64,000 nt of DNA from Candidatus Aceula meridiana (GCA_030765185.1 JAVCDE010000024.1:315538-379537); one strand, 5' to 3'; positions 10,058 through 20,507 are shown, counted from the stretch's first letter. Numbers and translations are program-made. The notes: generated by a model not told the origin, from the sequence alone.

Positions 10058-11695
10058 TTAAACTCCACTCATCATAGCTTTAACATCTTCTTCAACAGCA
10101 CCGATAGGCTTGATGTCAAAAGCATCAACTAAAACTTTAGCCACACCCGGGGACACAAAAGCTGGAAGGGTCGGCCCAAGACGAATTCCTTTAAATCCTA
10201 AATGTAAAAGCGCTAAAAGCACACAAACTGCTTTTTGCTCATACCATGCAATGTCAAATGACAACGGGAGCTTATTAATATCGTCCAATTCAAAAACTTC
10301 TTTTAATTTTAGCGCGATAACCGCCAAAGAATAAGAATCATTGCACTGGCCTGCGTCTAAAACACGCGGAATGCCATCGATGTCTCCAAGATTAAGCTTG
10401 TTGTATCGGTACTTGGCACATCCAGCAGTTAAGATAACTGTATCTTTTGGAAGTTTTTCGGCAACTTCTGTAAAATAGTTTCGAGAAGTGTGTCGTCCGT
10501 CGCATCCGGCCATAACTATAAAACGTTTAATCTTTCCTGCTTTAATAGCACCAACAACTTTATCAGCTAGCTGAAGCACTTGATGATGCGCGAACCCTCC
10601 AATGATTTCGCCTTTTTCTATTTCTGTTGGCGGCGGGCAAGTTTTGGCAAGCTCAAGAATCTCAGAAAAATCCTTAGTACCACCCTCGGTCCGATTGGCG
10701 AGATGCTTAGCCCCAGGATATCCTGCCATTCCTGTTGTAAAAAATCTATCTTTGTAAGAATCTTTAAGCGGTGTAATGCAATTTGTTGTCATAAGGATTG
10801 GGCCATTAAAAGACTCAAATTCTTTTGATTGATTCCACCAAGAACTTCCGTAATTTCCGACAAAATGGCTGTACTTTTTAAACTCCGGATAATAATTTGC
10901 CGGAAGCATTTCGCTATGCGTATAAATGTCAACGCCTGTTCCTTCAGTCTGTTTTAAAAGTTCTTCCATATCTTTTAAATCATGACCTGAAATAAGAATT
11001 CCGGGATTTTTCCCAACGCCAATATTAACTTTTGTGATTTCAGGGTTACCGTATGTTTTGGTATTGGCCTCATCTAAGAGCGCCATGGCCTTAACCGACA
11101 CTTCTCCGGTCTCAAGAACCAAGGCTGTAAGCTCATCAGCGGATAAATCTTTAGCAATAGCAGCCATAGCCTTTACAGCAAAGGCAAAAATTTCATCATT
11201 ATAAAATCCTAACGCAGCCGCATGGTCTGTGTAAGCGGCAGCCCCTTTAAGGCCATAAAGCGTTAACGCCTTGAGTGAGCGAAGATCCTCGTTGTCGCTG
11301 TAAGAAATCGGGCTTACCTTAGAAGCTTTTTCTAAAGCAGCCTCTTCATTATCAGCGTTCCAAGTAATCGACCCATGCAAATCGTCACTATCTTCAATAC
11401 CTGCTTTCTTCTTAATAGCATCTCTTATCTCTAGTCCTTGATGAATTAGCGTCTTAATTCTTTTCTCATCAAAATTAGCATTGGTGATGGTGACAAACAA
11501 CGACTGCATCATAAAAACGCCATCTTTGCGATCAATAGGCAAATTTGTTTTCTCGCTGCAAAGGGCTATTCCCTCTAAAACATACATCAACAAATCCATC
11601 AAATTACTAACATCTTCGTCTTTACCACAGACGCCTTTGATGCTACATCCGGTATTTTTTGCGGTTTCTTGGCACTGATAACAGAACATACTCAT
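10058..11695 (-). CDS. hcp: hydroxylamine reductase / hybrid-cluster protein
   Basis: N-terminus [23 protein letters not shown] (hybrid-cluster Cys motif); 545 aa; conserved C-terminal Cys/His ligand region. Confidence 0.9.
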   Translation of the reverse strand: MSMFCYQCQETAKNTGCSIKGVCGKDEDVSNLMDLLMYVLEGIALCSEKTNLPIDRKDGVFMMQSLFVTITNANFDEKRIKTLIHQGLEIRDAIKKKAGIEDSDDLHGSITWNADNEEAALEKASKVSPISYSDNEDLRSLKALTLYGLKGAAAYTDHAAALGFYNDEIFAFAVKAMAAIAKDLSADELTALVLETGEVSVKAMALLDEANTKTYGNPEITKVNIGVGKNPGILISGHDLKDMEELLKQTEGTGVDIYTHSEMLPANYYPEFKKYSHFVGNYGSSWWNQSKEFESFNGPILMTTNCITPLKDSYKDRFFTTGMAGYPGAKHLANRTEGGTKDFSEILELAKTCPPPTEIEKGEIIGGFAHHQVLQLADKVVGAIKAGKIKRFIVMAGCDGRHTSRNYFTEVAEKLPKDTVILTAGCAKYRYNKLNLGDIDGIPRVLDAGQCNDSYSLAVIALKLKEVFELDDINKLPLSFDIAWYEQKAVCVLLALLHLGFKGIRLGPTLPAFVSPGVAKVLVDAFDIKPIGAVEEDVKAMMSGV

Positions 11696-12099
11696 TTTTT
11701 CCTCCTTATTAAATTTTTGATTGTAACTTTACTAAGCTTTTCAATAACAGCTTCTTCAGCTTCCTTAATATGCTCCCTTAAAATACAAGTCTTTCTATTG
11801 TGACATATTTTTTTCTGAAACATGCAATCGACAAGTTGAACTTTCCCTTGGAATATTTTCATGACATCAACAAGTCTGATCTTTGCAGGGTTAATTTTAA
11901 GACGGAACCCTCCTTTGCCCCCTTCTTTGGATTCAACATATCCGGCCGCGATAAGTTTTTGAAAAATCTTCCTAAGATAGTGATACGGAATTTTATTCTT
12001 GTGAGAAATTTCTTTCGATGAAAGAAAATCTTTGTTGCTCTTAGCCAAATACACCAAAGACTGCACTGCGTAATCTGAGTTCTTGGTTAACAGCTTCAT
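11692..12099 (-). CDS. Rrf2-family transcriptional regulator (NsrR/IscR-like)
   Basis: [19 protein letters not shown]...LSSKEIS...[28 protein letters not shown] wHTH of Rrf2 family; three C-terminal Cys; start placed at internal ATG with AAGGGGGA SD, rather than track start 12150. Confidence 0.8.
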   Translation of the reverse strand: MKLLTKNSDYAVQSLVYLAKSNKDFLSSKEISHKNKIPYHYLRKIFQKLIAAGYVESKEGGKGGFRLKINPAKIRLVDVMKIFQGKVQLVDCMFQKKICHNRKTCILREHIKEAEEAVIEKLSKVTIKNLIRRKK

Positions 12100-12111
12100 T
12101 GGTCCCCCTTC

Positions 12112-12136
12112 GACTGGGACTAATATAGTCCCAGTC
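12112..12136. promoter_or_regulatory. perfect 10-5-10 inverted repeat (candidate Rrf2 operator)
   Basis: GACTGGGACT-aatat-AGTCCCAGTC ending 12 nt upstream of the rrf2 start codon, abutting its SD. Confidence 0.45.
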
Positions 12137-12393
12137 ATAGAAAATGTCAAGTGTTTTTATTTAGCTCGAGATGACTCTAAAAATTCCATCTAGGACCGAA
12201 ATTTCTTTTATTCCTTTAAAAATATAATTCTGTGATAAAATATATTTATGGACTTACAAAAAACATGCAGCGTCTTCGAGAATATTTTTCTAAAAACTTT
12301 TAAAAAACCGTAAATAAAAAACCTTGACCAAAAAAGATACGACACACACCAGCAGAAAAATTTCGCGTCTTTTTCGTCCGCAATCCTTTTTAA

Positions 12394-14211
12394 ATGAATC
12401 TCTCTCCAACAAAATTCTTTCTTAAAAAACAAAATCTAAAGATCATATTCTTTTTAGCTCTCATCCTTATCAATTTTTTTGTTTTTTTCCCGTCTTTTTT
12501 TCATGTTGCTCGACATGATCAGCTTCTCTACGTGGGAGACCTCTCTGGCGATAATAGCTGGATTTCCCTAGCGATTAAAAAAGCTGTAACCTACAATCGA
12601 GACCAGCACTTGTTTCCGGGACACGACCCCATGCTCTTTCGCCCTCTTTTTTATTTTCTTCTAGGAACTGAGCTATGGATCTTTCAATACAATTTTGTGC
12701 TCTGGCAAATCACAGGATTTCTGTTGCACCTTGCTGTTCTTTGGTTTTTCTTAGGACTTTTATGGCAAATCCGAGAAAGCATCTTTGCAGGACTACTGGT
12801 GCTTTTCTTTTCTGTCCTATATGCAAATGTTGAGATGGTTATTTGGCATCACGTTAACAGTTACATGATCTTTGTTGCTCTAACACTTTTTTGTTTTAAA
12901 ATTTTCTATCGAATAATTTGCGACCGGCGAGTAACTTCAAGACAAGCTTGGTTTTTATTCTTCTCTCTTTTAATATCTTCCCTTATTTACGAAGGGGCAT
13001 TTCTATATTCGCTCTTTTTCTTTGTTTTTTCAAAACTTTTCTTATCCCCGCACCGCAATGAAAAAAAGCTAGCATCTCGACATTGGCGAGTCATGATTCT
13101 TGCGCCTGCTATTATCTACTTATCGTTAAACCTTCTTACACTTTTTCTAAAATGGAATACTATTTCAAAAGGGGCGTCCTCTTTAAAAACATTTTCGGCT
13201 GCTAGCTCTATAAAAGCCGTCTTTGCTTCCTCTTGGTGGTGGATTTCTGAAGGACTTTTCCCAGAGCTACTAAAACCTGCGCTTCAGCAGAGAATTGTTT
13301 TTTACTACAACGGTGCTTTCCTGGGACTAAAAAATATTTTTTCTCTTCAAAATATTCTCTCCATTGGATTTTTATCCTTATTTGGATCTATCCTAATCTA
13401 TTTAATTCTTTTACAAAAAAGCCTGTCTAAGAACTTTATCAGGGAAAGATACAAGTTTATTATTCTTATTTTAGGAATATGGACGATACAAATTATCGTT
13501 CTTGCGGTAGGACGCATTGCCTCTGGAGGTCTAAGTTTATTGGCAAACTGTAGCTATTACAACTATCTTTTCTGGCCATACCCTATTATCCTTGTTTACA
13601 GCCTAATCGATTTCAAGAAGCAGTCTTGTCGGCATAAAATTCTGAACGTAAGAAATCTTTCAATCCTATTTCTTGCAACTCTCATCGCAATTAACGGAAC
13701 CCGGACTTGGGCTCTTAATGACCGCTACCGAAGAGTCTGGAAAAAACAATTTCTGGTTACAAGAAAGATTCAAAATCTTGTTAAAAGTCATCGAAATGAA
13801 AAAAATTTCTCTTTTACGGTTGACGAACGGGATAGGCTCTATCTACCATGGATTCACAAAACTCATCCCCTCCTTAGCGAGGAGCCATACTTTTATAGTC
13901 AGATGCTTTATCCTTCTCTTATAAACGAAAACAATCCAAAATACACGATTAGTTTTACAGAGAAAGAGCGTCAAGAAATCACTCAGACCTCTCTTGAGGG
14001 CACTCTAGAGAATCTCTCAGAAAAGCCTATTCTTGTCTGGGGCGTTTCAGATCTTAAATTATTTTTCTTCTTAACAAATCTTTACCTTCAGCAAGGTGAA
14101 AAAGAAAAGGCCCTGAGACTAATAGACAGGATATTATCATTAAACCCTCACCCAAAAGAATTTCGGAAGACTTTAGAAAGCCAGAAAAATTTTATTGAAA
14201 AAAAATTTTAA
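12394..14211 (+). CDS. polytopic membrane protein with C-terminal TPR (possible GT-C-type glycosyltransferase)
   Basis: 605 aa; >10 hydrophobic helices; Asp-rich first loop (ARHDQLLYVGDLSGD); C-terminal TPR-like helical repeats. Confidence 0.4.
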   Translation: MNLSPTKFFLKKQNLKIIFFLALILINFFVFFPSFFHVARHDQLLYVGDLSGDNSWISLAIKKAVTYNRDQHLFPGHDPMLFRPLFYFLLGTELWIFQYNFVLWQITGFLLHLAVLWFFLGLLWQIRESIFAGLLVLFFSVLYANVEMVIWHHVNSYMIFVALTLFCFKIFYRIICDRRVTSRQAWFLFFSLLISSLIYEGAFLYSLFFFVFSKLFLSPHRNEKKLASRHWRVMILAPAIIYLSLNLLTLFLKWNTISKGASSLKTFSAASSIKAVFASSWWWISEGLFPELLKPALQQRIVFYYNGAFLGLKNIFSLQNILSIGFLSLFGSILIYLILLQKSLSKNFIRERYKFIILILGIWTIQIIVLAVGRIASGGLSLLANCSYYNYLFWPYPIILVYSLIDFKKQSCRHKILNVRNLSILFLATLIAINGTRTWALNDRYRRVWKKQFLVTRKIQNLVKSHRNEKNFSFTVDERDRLYLPWIHKTHPLLSEEPYFYSQMLYPSLINENNPKYTISFTEKERQEITQTSLEGTLENLSEKPILVWGVSDLKLFFFLTNLYLQQGEKEKALRLIDRILSLNPHPKEFRKTLESQKNFIEKKF

Positions 14212-14348
14212 TCTCCTTTTATCTTTTCTTTTTTTCACCATCAAGACAACAAAAAGTCCACGTTGATTATTCCAGCAAACCTATTGATAATTATCCAGGC
14301 GCAAACAATCTGCATCACTGCTTGATAAGAACAATTGTTCTTATATTA

Positions 14349-16508
14349 TTAAAATACGGTATTCATCGTTTGTAGAATATAGAAATTCTTCATGTCTACA
14401 TTATCCAAGTAAATTCTATAAAAATCTTCGTTGCTTTCAGCCCCTGTCCTGTAAATAACAACATAATAAGACCCTTGCGAAAGAATAGATTGTTGCGGAA
14501 AATGGAAGGAAACGTTCTGACCATCAGGATTATTGGAAATCTCTCGAGCAGAAACTATTTTAGAAGAAAAATTTTCTCCATAAGGAAGGTAGTAGGGTCC
14601 TTCTTTAGACTTATAATAAAGATAAGCCACAAGACCGTCCTCTGGATTGCCAACCTTATAGATACGCTGTGGCAATTCATTTAAAGCTTGCGGCTTTGAA
14701 ATCTCGAAACTAAATCCAAAAAACTTATAAATAGACGATTTTGTCCCAATATTTCGAATCCCGTTAAAGACAAGATTCTCGAATTCTTTTCGAGGTAAAA
14801 TTTGTTCCGCATCTTGTTTAAGGCGTTTTGCGTCAATGATCCACGCTTTGCCCTTCTCCAAATCTTTATCGGTAAAAATACCTTTTACTAGGTACATATA
14901 TGAGAGGACTTCCTCTTCATGAACCCAAATTCGGCTAGAAGCAATAGTCTGAAAAGAGGCAATGGCATATTTTTCAAGAATATTTCTTTCTAAAATTTCA
15001 TTAAGAAAAATATCTAAATCAAAATCTGAATAATTTTCATAAAAATTATAAATTGCCTTTGTTGTTACCGGCGGGATAAGGATAGCCCCCTCAGAGACTT
15101 GATAAATATTGTTTATATAATTCATCTTATCAAGAGCACCTTGGCTAAGATTCTGGGTAAATTCTTCCCAGAATGGATATCTTTTGTAAGTATAAATCTT
15201 TCTATCTGAGATTTGCTCAATTTTCTTCGAAATATAATTCTTTGCCATTCTGCAAGGAAAAATATCCGTTCCAAAAAGATACACGTTAAAAAGAATATGC
15301 AGAAAAAGAATAAAAGACCCAAAAATCTTTAAAACCCTTCTATGGGATTCCGACAAATTTAAGCGCATAATATGTGAAAGACCATAAGCTAAAAGAAAAA
15401 TTAAACCCACCAAGACTGGATAATAGTTAGCGCCATACTGAGAAATACCTCGTATCTCCATAAAGAGTACTGGTAACCAAACTACGCCAATCAAGAAAAA
15501 AATTCTTATTTTATCTTTCCAGGATTCTTTTACAATGCCTTGAAATAAAAGATAAAAAACACAAACAATAATGACAGGAAAAAGAATAGGCATAATCAGA
15601 ATAAAATATTTAAAAATCCAAATCCATCCCCCTCTCGCATGGACGACATCTCCAGAAATCCATTGCTGCAGAATAGGCTGATTGTAATAAAAATGGTTAC
15701 TATCGCAATTAAGATAAACGTAGTAAAAATAACTTTTGATATTATACAAAATATTAGGATAGTTAAAACAAATGAAAATAGCGGCGAATCCTAAAAAGAA
15801 TAAGAAAAAATGAACTAATAATCCCCTTAAAAGACTCCATCTAAAACTCTGAAATAAAGTAAAACATTTTTCATGATATAGGAAAGCTGCGGCATAATAC
15901 GGAAGATACGCCATTGATGTCGGCGAAGAATGTAATGAAAGGCATAAAAAACAACCAGAAAAAATAAGAAAGAAATTCTTGCGGAGATAGATGCTCGAAA
16001 CCTGAAGGAGATAAAAAGCTAAAAGAAAATTCAATAAGCCTAAAGGCTGATGTTTAGGAAATAGCAAATAAAGAAAAGACCAAACACAAGTAATAAATAC
16101 AAAGTAGCAAATAAGACCAACGGCTCTGCCAAAATAATTTCGAAGAATAAGAAAAATTAAGACTGCGGACCCTGCAAATGAAAGAGTTAAAAGAATAACT
16201 AAGGGATTAAGCGTTTCATAGTCTTTGAATATTCTCTGAAAGATTGCTAACAAAAAAAACAAAACTTCTTTTCCATGAAGCCAGACTTGATGATTGTTGT
16301 CAAAACCCTTATGTATTTCAGAAATAAAATGAACATCAAAAATATTCTTTGCTGTTTTAAGATAATAGACATCTGCATCGGTCGGAAAAGGAAGCATATC
16401 CCATGTCATTGCAATAAAACAACCTGCAATAACTAGCGAAACGCAGACAACAAAGAACGTTGTCCGCGTATTAAAAAGGATTCTAATTTGTCTAATACAA
16501 GAACGCAT
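14349..16508 (-). CDS. polytopic membrane protein with large C-terminal soluble domain (possible GT-C-type glycosyltransferase)
   Basis: 719 aa; ~11 TM in N-terminal 400 aa; first loop PFPTDADVYY; C-terminal ~300 aa hydrophilic. Confidence 0.4.
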   Translation of the reverse strand: MRSCIRQIRILFNTRTTFFVVCVSLVIAGCFIAMTWDMLPFPTDADVYYLKTAKNIFDVHFISEIHKGFDNNHQVWLHGKEVLFFLLAIFQRIFKDYETLNPLVILLTLSFAGSAVLIFLILRNYFGRAVGLICYFVFITCVWSFLYLLFPKHQPLGLLNFLLAFYLLQVSSIYLRKNFFLIFSGCFLCLSLHSSPTSMAYLPYYAAAFLYHEKCFTLFQSFRWSLLRGLLVHFFLFFLGFAAIFICFNYPNILYNIKSYFYYVYLNCDSNHFYYNQPILQQWISGDVVHARGGWIWIFKYFILIMPILFPVIIVCVFYLLFQGIVKESWKDKIRIFFLIGVVWLPVLFMEIRGISQYGANYYPVLVGLIFLLAYGLSHIMRLNLSESHRRVLKIFGSFILFLHILFNVYLFGTDIFPCRMAKNYISKKIEQISDRKIYTYKRYPFWEEFTQNLSQGALDKMNYINNIYQVSEGAILIPPVTTKAIYNFYENYSDFDLDIFLNEILERNILEKYAIASFQTIASSRIWVHEEEVLSYMYLVKGIFTDKDLEKGKAWIIDAKRLKQDAEQILPRKEFENLVFNGIRNIGTKSSIYKFFGFSFEISKPQALNELPQRIYKVGNPEDGLVAYLYYKSKEGPYYLPYGENFSSKIVSAREISNNPDGQNVSFHFPQQSILSQGSYYVVIYRTGAESNEDFYRIYLDNVDMKNFYILQTMNTVF

Positions 16509-16553
16509 TTATAAAATTATTGTGTTGAATTTATTAACTATTTGAAAACAAAA

Positions 16554-18995
16554 CTATTTCTTTAAAAACATTCCGAAAAAAAGCGTATTCAAAAAATATA
16601 AAATTAAGGCTAAGGATAAAACAAAGTTGAACCCTAGAAACTGTGCAACCGTAATGGCCAAAATCGATCCCAAAACACTAAATCCGCTATTAATGCCCCA
16701 CGCCCAAGGAATTGCATCTGGAAAATCTTTACTGAGGAACTGCAGCCCGGCCGGAAAAAAGAAACCGAGGGTCAACCCAACAGGAAAAATAAGAAGACAA
16801 GCCCCCAGGGCTCTTACAGCAAAAGAATAGTTAATAAGAAGATCGACAACTTTTCCTGCCCCAAAAATTAACAGAAGCAAAAAAGCAGCAAGCATAAAGA
16901 AAAAGCTTCGATGAAGAAAAACTTTTGATTTTAATGATTTCTCGAGGAAAGAAGCCAGCAGGCTTCCTAGACCTGAGGAAAAAAGAATCGCGGCCAAAGT
17001 AATCGAGATTGAATAAATCGGGCTTCCTAACAATAATACAAATTTCTGCATCAAAGGAATTTCAACAAACATAAATCCTAAGCCCAAAGTTGCAAAATAG
17101 GCGATAAACGATACTTTTTTACACCTAGGGATGGCTTTTATGCCAGTTTTTTTTGAAAGAAAAAGAGGAAGAAAAATAAACAAAAAGATAAAAATAAGCG
17201 CCTGCAAGAGAACAAGAATCTGAGTCAAAAACATGACTGTTCCTAAATGATGCTCCCGAATAACATTAAAAGGATTAAAAGAGCTAATCTTGTAATGCTT
17301 ATAAAAGAATGGATCATTGTCTGTTACAACCGAAACGTCGAAAGGATACCTCTTCTCAAAGGCCTCTCTCTCGCCCTGCCGGAATGCTGCAAGGTAGGAA
17401 TCAAAAATAATTGGCATTGGATACTCTATGTTAGATGGAAAAATGAATAACTCATTCTTATTTCTTAAATACTTGATGATTTGTTCTCTCTCATCTTTTA
17501 AAAATGGCGTCTTCTTGATAAGCATTTGCCAAGACTCGCCTCCGCCAATAATAATATGCTCCCACGGTCTTTGCGCTCCCATAGTCTTAAGGGCGTCTAG
17601 GGCAATGGCATAAAGCCTTAAGCTCTCGCGTGGCGGATATCCTGTCCAACAGCGACAGAAACTAATCCTCCCGTCATCCTTGAGAACGCTAAGATAATCA
17701 AGAATAGCTTCCTTTGTGTATAAATAGCTTTCGGAATATGTATAAGCGCCCGTTGATAAACCAGAGAAGGTGTCGACTAGATTGACAATTAAAAGATCAA
17801 AGTCACCATCTTTAAATCTTTTTACAAAATGTCGACCATCAACAGGATAAATTTTAACTCCCTCTAGTCCGTAAACCTTCCCAGAATATTCATAAAGTGG
17901 CCCACCTTCAGACATTGCGCGAAATATCCCTGGATTAATCTCTGCGCCAGCTACTGCGTGGGCATCATGACTTTTGGCAATAAAAATATCCCGACCACCG
18001 CCAGTCCCGATGATAAGAACTTTCGGCTGACGAAGCCCGACATAGCAAGCTTCACTATCAAGACTAAAAACTTTTAACTGAGAATTCTTTTCGGCAAGGC
18101 CTTCTGAAGATAGCTTATAGACAACAGTCCCTGCCAAAAAATTATTTGAAATATAGGCTAAGTCTGGGGCTGGGGTTACATTAATTTGAAAAGTTTTACG
18201 ATTGAATTTCCGAATCTTCTTTTGATTTTCCTTGCCTTCCACTCGAACGACATCTACACGACCCAAAGGTGTCCATTTTGAATAAAGATTTTTATATTGT
18301 CCTTCTGAGAAAGTTCCAGGAAGGTACTCCCAACCTTTCGCCTCATCAATTTTATAATTCTGGACTTCAGGTATTTTTATAAAGCCTACGAGGAAAACAA
18401 TAGTCAGGATAGCAAAAAGTATTTTATATTTGGCATTTCTCTTAGCTATCCATAAAAAAGAAAGGCAGAGCCCGATAAAACATAACAAAGCAACAGAATG
18501 TACGATCGCCAAAGAATTGATTAAAGGGTAAAAAAGAACGGTTCCTAAACTAGCTCCGGCAAGGTCAAAGAAATAAATTATAAAATTCTTTTTGGGATTT
18601 GTATGAAAAATGTACGAAATAAGAAAACCTATGACAACAAATGGAACAGCTAAGATAGAATAAGAAAGAAGCAACATAAAGATCCCATGGAGATTCTTAA
18701 ACAAATCAACCAGGTAAGATATCTGGGTAGGAAAATAAATAAGCGTGACCATGCTTAAAAACGTCAAAACCGAAGCTAACGCTAAACATATGGGAACAAC
18801 ATGCTTCTTTCCTGCTAGCTTTTCTTTATTTAAAATATAGGCGTTCGCTCCAATTCCATATCCAAGTATGGCAAAAGGAATAACGATGTAAACGACATGG
18901 TTCCATGTTTTTAAATTGAGAACTTGCGTTGCAAACAATTCAAAAGAAAGCGCTAATGACGAAACATAAAATATAGAAATGTAGGAAAGAAGCAT
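16554..18995 (-). CDS. spermidine-synthase-like aminopropyltransferase domain fused to polytopic membrane domains
   Basis: 813 aa; central VLIIGTGGGRDIF...AVAGAEINPGIF Rossmann/AdoMet-type motif of SpeE-like fold, flanked by N- and C-terminal TM bundles. Confidence 0.55.
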   Translation of the reverse strand: MLLSYISIFYVSSLALSFELFATQVLNLKTWNHVVYIVIPFAILGYGIGANAYILNKEKLAGKKHVVPICLALASVLTFLSMVTLIYFPTQISYLVDLFKNLHGIFMLLLSYSILAVPFVVIGFLISYIFHTNPKKNFIIYFFDLAGASLGTVLFYPLINSLAIVHSVALLCFIGLCLSFLWIAKRNAKYKILFAILTIVFLVGFIKIPEVQNYKIDEAKGWEYLPGTFSEGQYKNLYSKWTPLGRVDVVRVEGKENQKKIRKFNRKTFQINVTPAPDLAYISNNFLAGTVVYKLSSEGLAEKNSQLKVFSLDSEACYVGLRQPKVLIIGTGGGRDIFIAKSHDAHAVAGAEINPGIFRAMSEGGPLYEYSGKVYGLEGVKIYPVDGRHFVKRFKDGDFDLLIVNLVDTFSGLSTGAYTYSESYLYTKEAILDYLSVLKDDGRISFCRCWTGYPPRESLRLYAIALDALKTMGAQRPWEHIIIGGGESWQMLIKKTPFLKDEREQIIKYLRNKNELFIFPSNIEYPMPIIFDSYLAAFRQGEREAFEKRYPFDVSVVTDNDPFFYKHYKISSFNPFNVIREHHLGTVMFLTQILVLLQALIFIFLFIFLPLFLSKKTGIKAIPRCKKVSFIAYFATLGLGFMFVEIPLMQKFVLLLGSPIYSISITLAAILFSSGLGSLLASFLEKSLKSKVFLHRSFFFMLAAFLLLLIFGAGKVVDLLINYSFAVRALGACLLIFPVGLTLGFFFPAGLQFLSKDFPDAIPWAWGINSGFSVLGSILAITVAQFLGFNFVLSLALILYFLNTLFFGMFLKK

Positions 18996-19217
18996 ACGCT
19001 AAAATTTTAAATAATCAATGGTTACCAAGCTTGTTTTAAAAACCCATCAAGCATCGTGGCTCGGACGAAAACTCACCAACGCACGATTCTTTTTAAGATA
19101 AATAAAAACCTCTTCCCTCTCGAAAAAGAAGTCTTTTGGTGTTGAAAATAAAAAAATGGTGGCACTGAGATTTTTTAAGGCAATCTCAATATCCACCAAG
19201 ATTTGCGAAAAAATCTT

Positions 19218-19238
19218 GGTGGAGGCGAGGAGAATCAA
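19218..19238. repeat. att direct repeat (left boundary), partial copy of tmRNA 3' end
   Basis: TGGTGGAGGCGaGGAGAATCA vs tmRNA-end TGGTGGAGGCGcGGAGAATCG. Confidence 0.7.
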
Positions 19239-19457
19239 TCAAGCAATTCTTCACAACCCCTTTATTTGCAATGATTTTACTAAATTATCGTCGAGAATGC
19301 AAGAATAATTATTGTGCGAGGAGTTACATTTAGATACGCTCAAGTGCGAGGGTTTTGATGTGGGATGGGCACCATTTGGGCACCATTCTTCTGTGTGCCA
19401 GATTCGTGACAGGTTTTAAAAACATTCAGACTATAAAGAGGATCAGTTTTTTCATTA

Positions 19458-20507
19458 CTATTCGATAGATTTCCCAAAATAGGCATACCACCCATCGGTT
19501 AAATATCCTGTTTTCTTCAACACAATATCACTAATGTAAATCTTCCCATCAAACGCAAAGATAAAATATCGCATATCATCGGACATCCCCCTAGGCCATA
19601 TCATGCTATACCCTGGTGCGTTCGCGCCAAGAAATCGTACTAATAGCTTTTCATTTCCATTCTCCTTCACCATCAAACTGCCAGAATTATTTTTGTATAC
19701 TGTAATCTTTTGATTACCGAACACTCTTCCATGATTAGCAATTCCCCTATTATTTGGCCCCCAGTAAACTTCTCGATCATCAATATAGCCAACCTTCCCA
19801 AATCGAGCTGAATAGGCAGGCGAATTTTCATAAATTTTTATGTTTTTCATTTTAGTAATTTCTTTTGAAATAAGATCGTATTGAAAAAATGCCTTTTCAA
19901 AATTTCCATAATAGTTATTACCTAAGTGAAATCTAAGTTTATTCTCTAAAAAAATCCTCTTTCCATCGTTAGCGACAGACAACTGAGACATCTCTTGAGG
20001 CGTATCAATGACTTCCTTTGTGCCGTCTTTTATGTTAAAAATACAGAGTTTCTTGCCATACATCATTAAATAAGCGAATCTGTTCCCGTCAGGGAACCAC
20101 GCTGGCTCCCAACAATTTTGACCCTTTTCGATAATGTTCATCTTCCCACTGTCTAAATCAATAAGGACTATTCCTACAGCATAAGTTGATGCATTATATG
20201 TCCGAGCCAATATTTTCGTTCTGTCAGGTGATATCTTAGAATCATCCTCATCAAAATCAACATTATCACACACTTTCTTCTCATTCCTACCCTGAAGATT
20301 CATTGAAAAAAGCGAATGCCCTTTTATCACATAAACTTTCTGACTCCCATCAATCCATGAAGTATCTGGCAAAACGCCAAGCATTCTTCCTTCTCGATTA
20401 ACTACAAAAATAAAAAAGAAAAAAATGACTGTTATTGTAATAGCTGCTGCAATGATAGCACCAATAAACAAAAAAACTTTCTTCATCACAATCTCCTTTT
20501 TAAACAT
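19458..20507 (-). CDS. membrane-anchored beta-propeller (TolB/WD40-like) protein, island cargo
   Basis: N-terminal TM helix then repeated ...DG(S/T/N)...(I/V/F) units typical of TolB-like propellers; 349 aa. Confidence 0.4.
   Translation of the reverse strand: MFKKEIVMKKVFLFIGAIIAAAITITVIFFFFIFVVNREGRMLGVLPDTSWIDGSQKVYVIKGHSLFSMNLQGRNEKKVCDNVDFDEDDSKISPDRTKILARTYNASTYAVGIVLIDLDSGKMNIIEKGQNCWEPAWFPDGNRFAYLMMYGKKLCIFNIKDGTKEVIDTPQEMSQLSVANDGKRIFLENKLRFHLGNNYYGNFEKAFFQYDLISKEITKMKNIKIYENSPAYSARFGKVGYIDDREVYWGPNNRGIANHGRVFGNQKITVYKNNSGSLMVKENGNEKLLVRFLGANAPGYSMIWPRGMSDDMRYFIFAFDGKIYISDIVLKKTGYLTDGWYAYFGKSIE

Noticed and set aside
11692-12150. Long N-terminal extensions of Rrf2 (to 12150), RadA (to 59930) and SmpB (to 25726) as given in the ORF track
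   Set aside because: The extensions begin at non-ATG codons and lack SD. In RadA the extension overlaps the upstream gene by ~150 nt, and in Rrf2 it translates through a perfect operator-like palindrome. Internal ATGs with good SD match family N-termini.
12208-12432. 74-aa minus-strand ORF upstream of the membrane-TPR gene
   Set aside because: It overlaps the divergent promoter region and the start of the 12394 gene, has a Phe/Lys-rich low-complexity translation and no SD.
19047-19238. 63-aa minus-strand ORF spanning the att repeat and hairpin
   Set aside because: It has no SD, overlaps structured non-coding features and has low-complexity composition.
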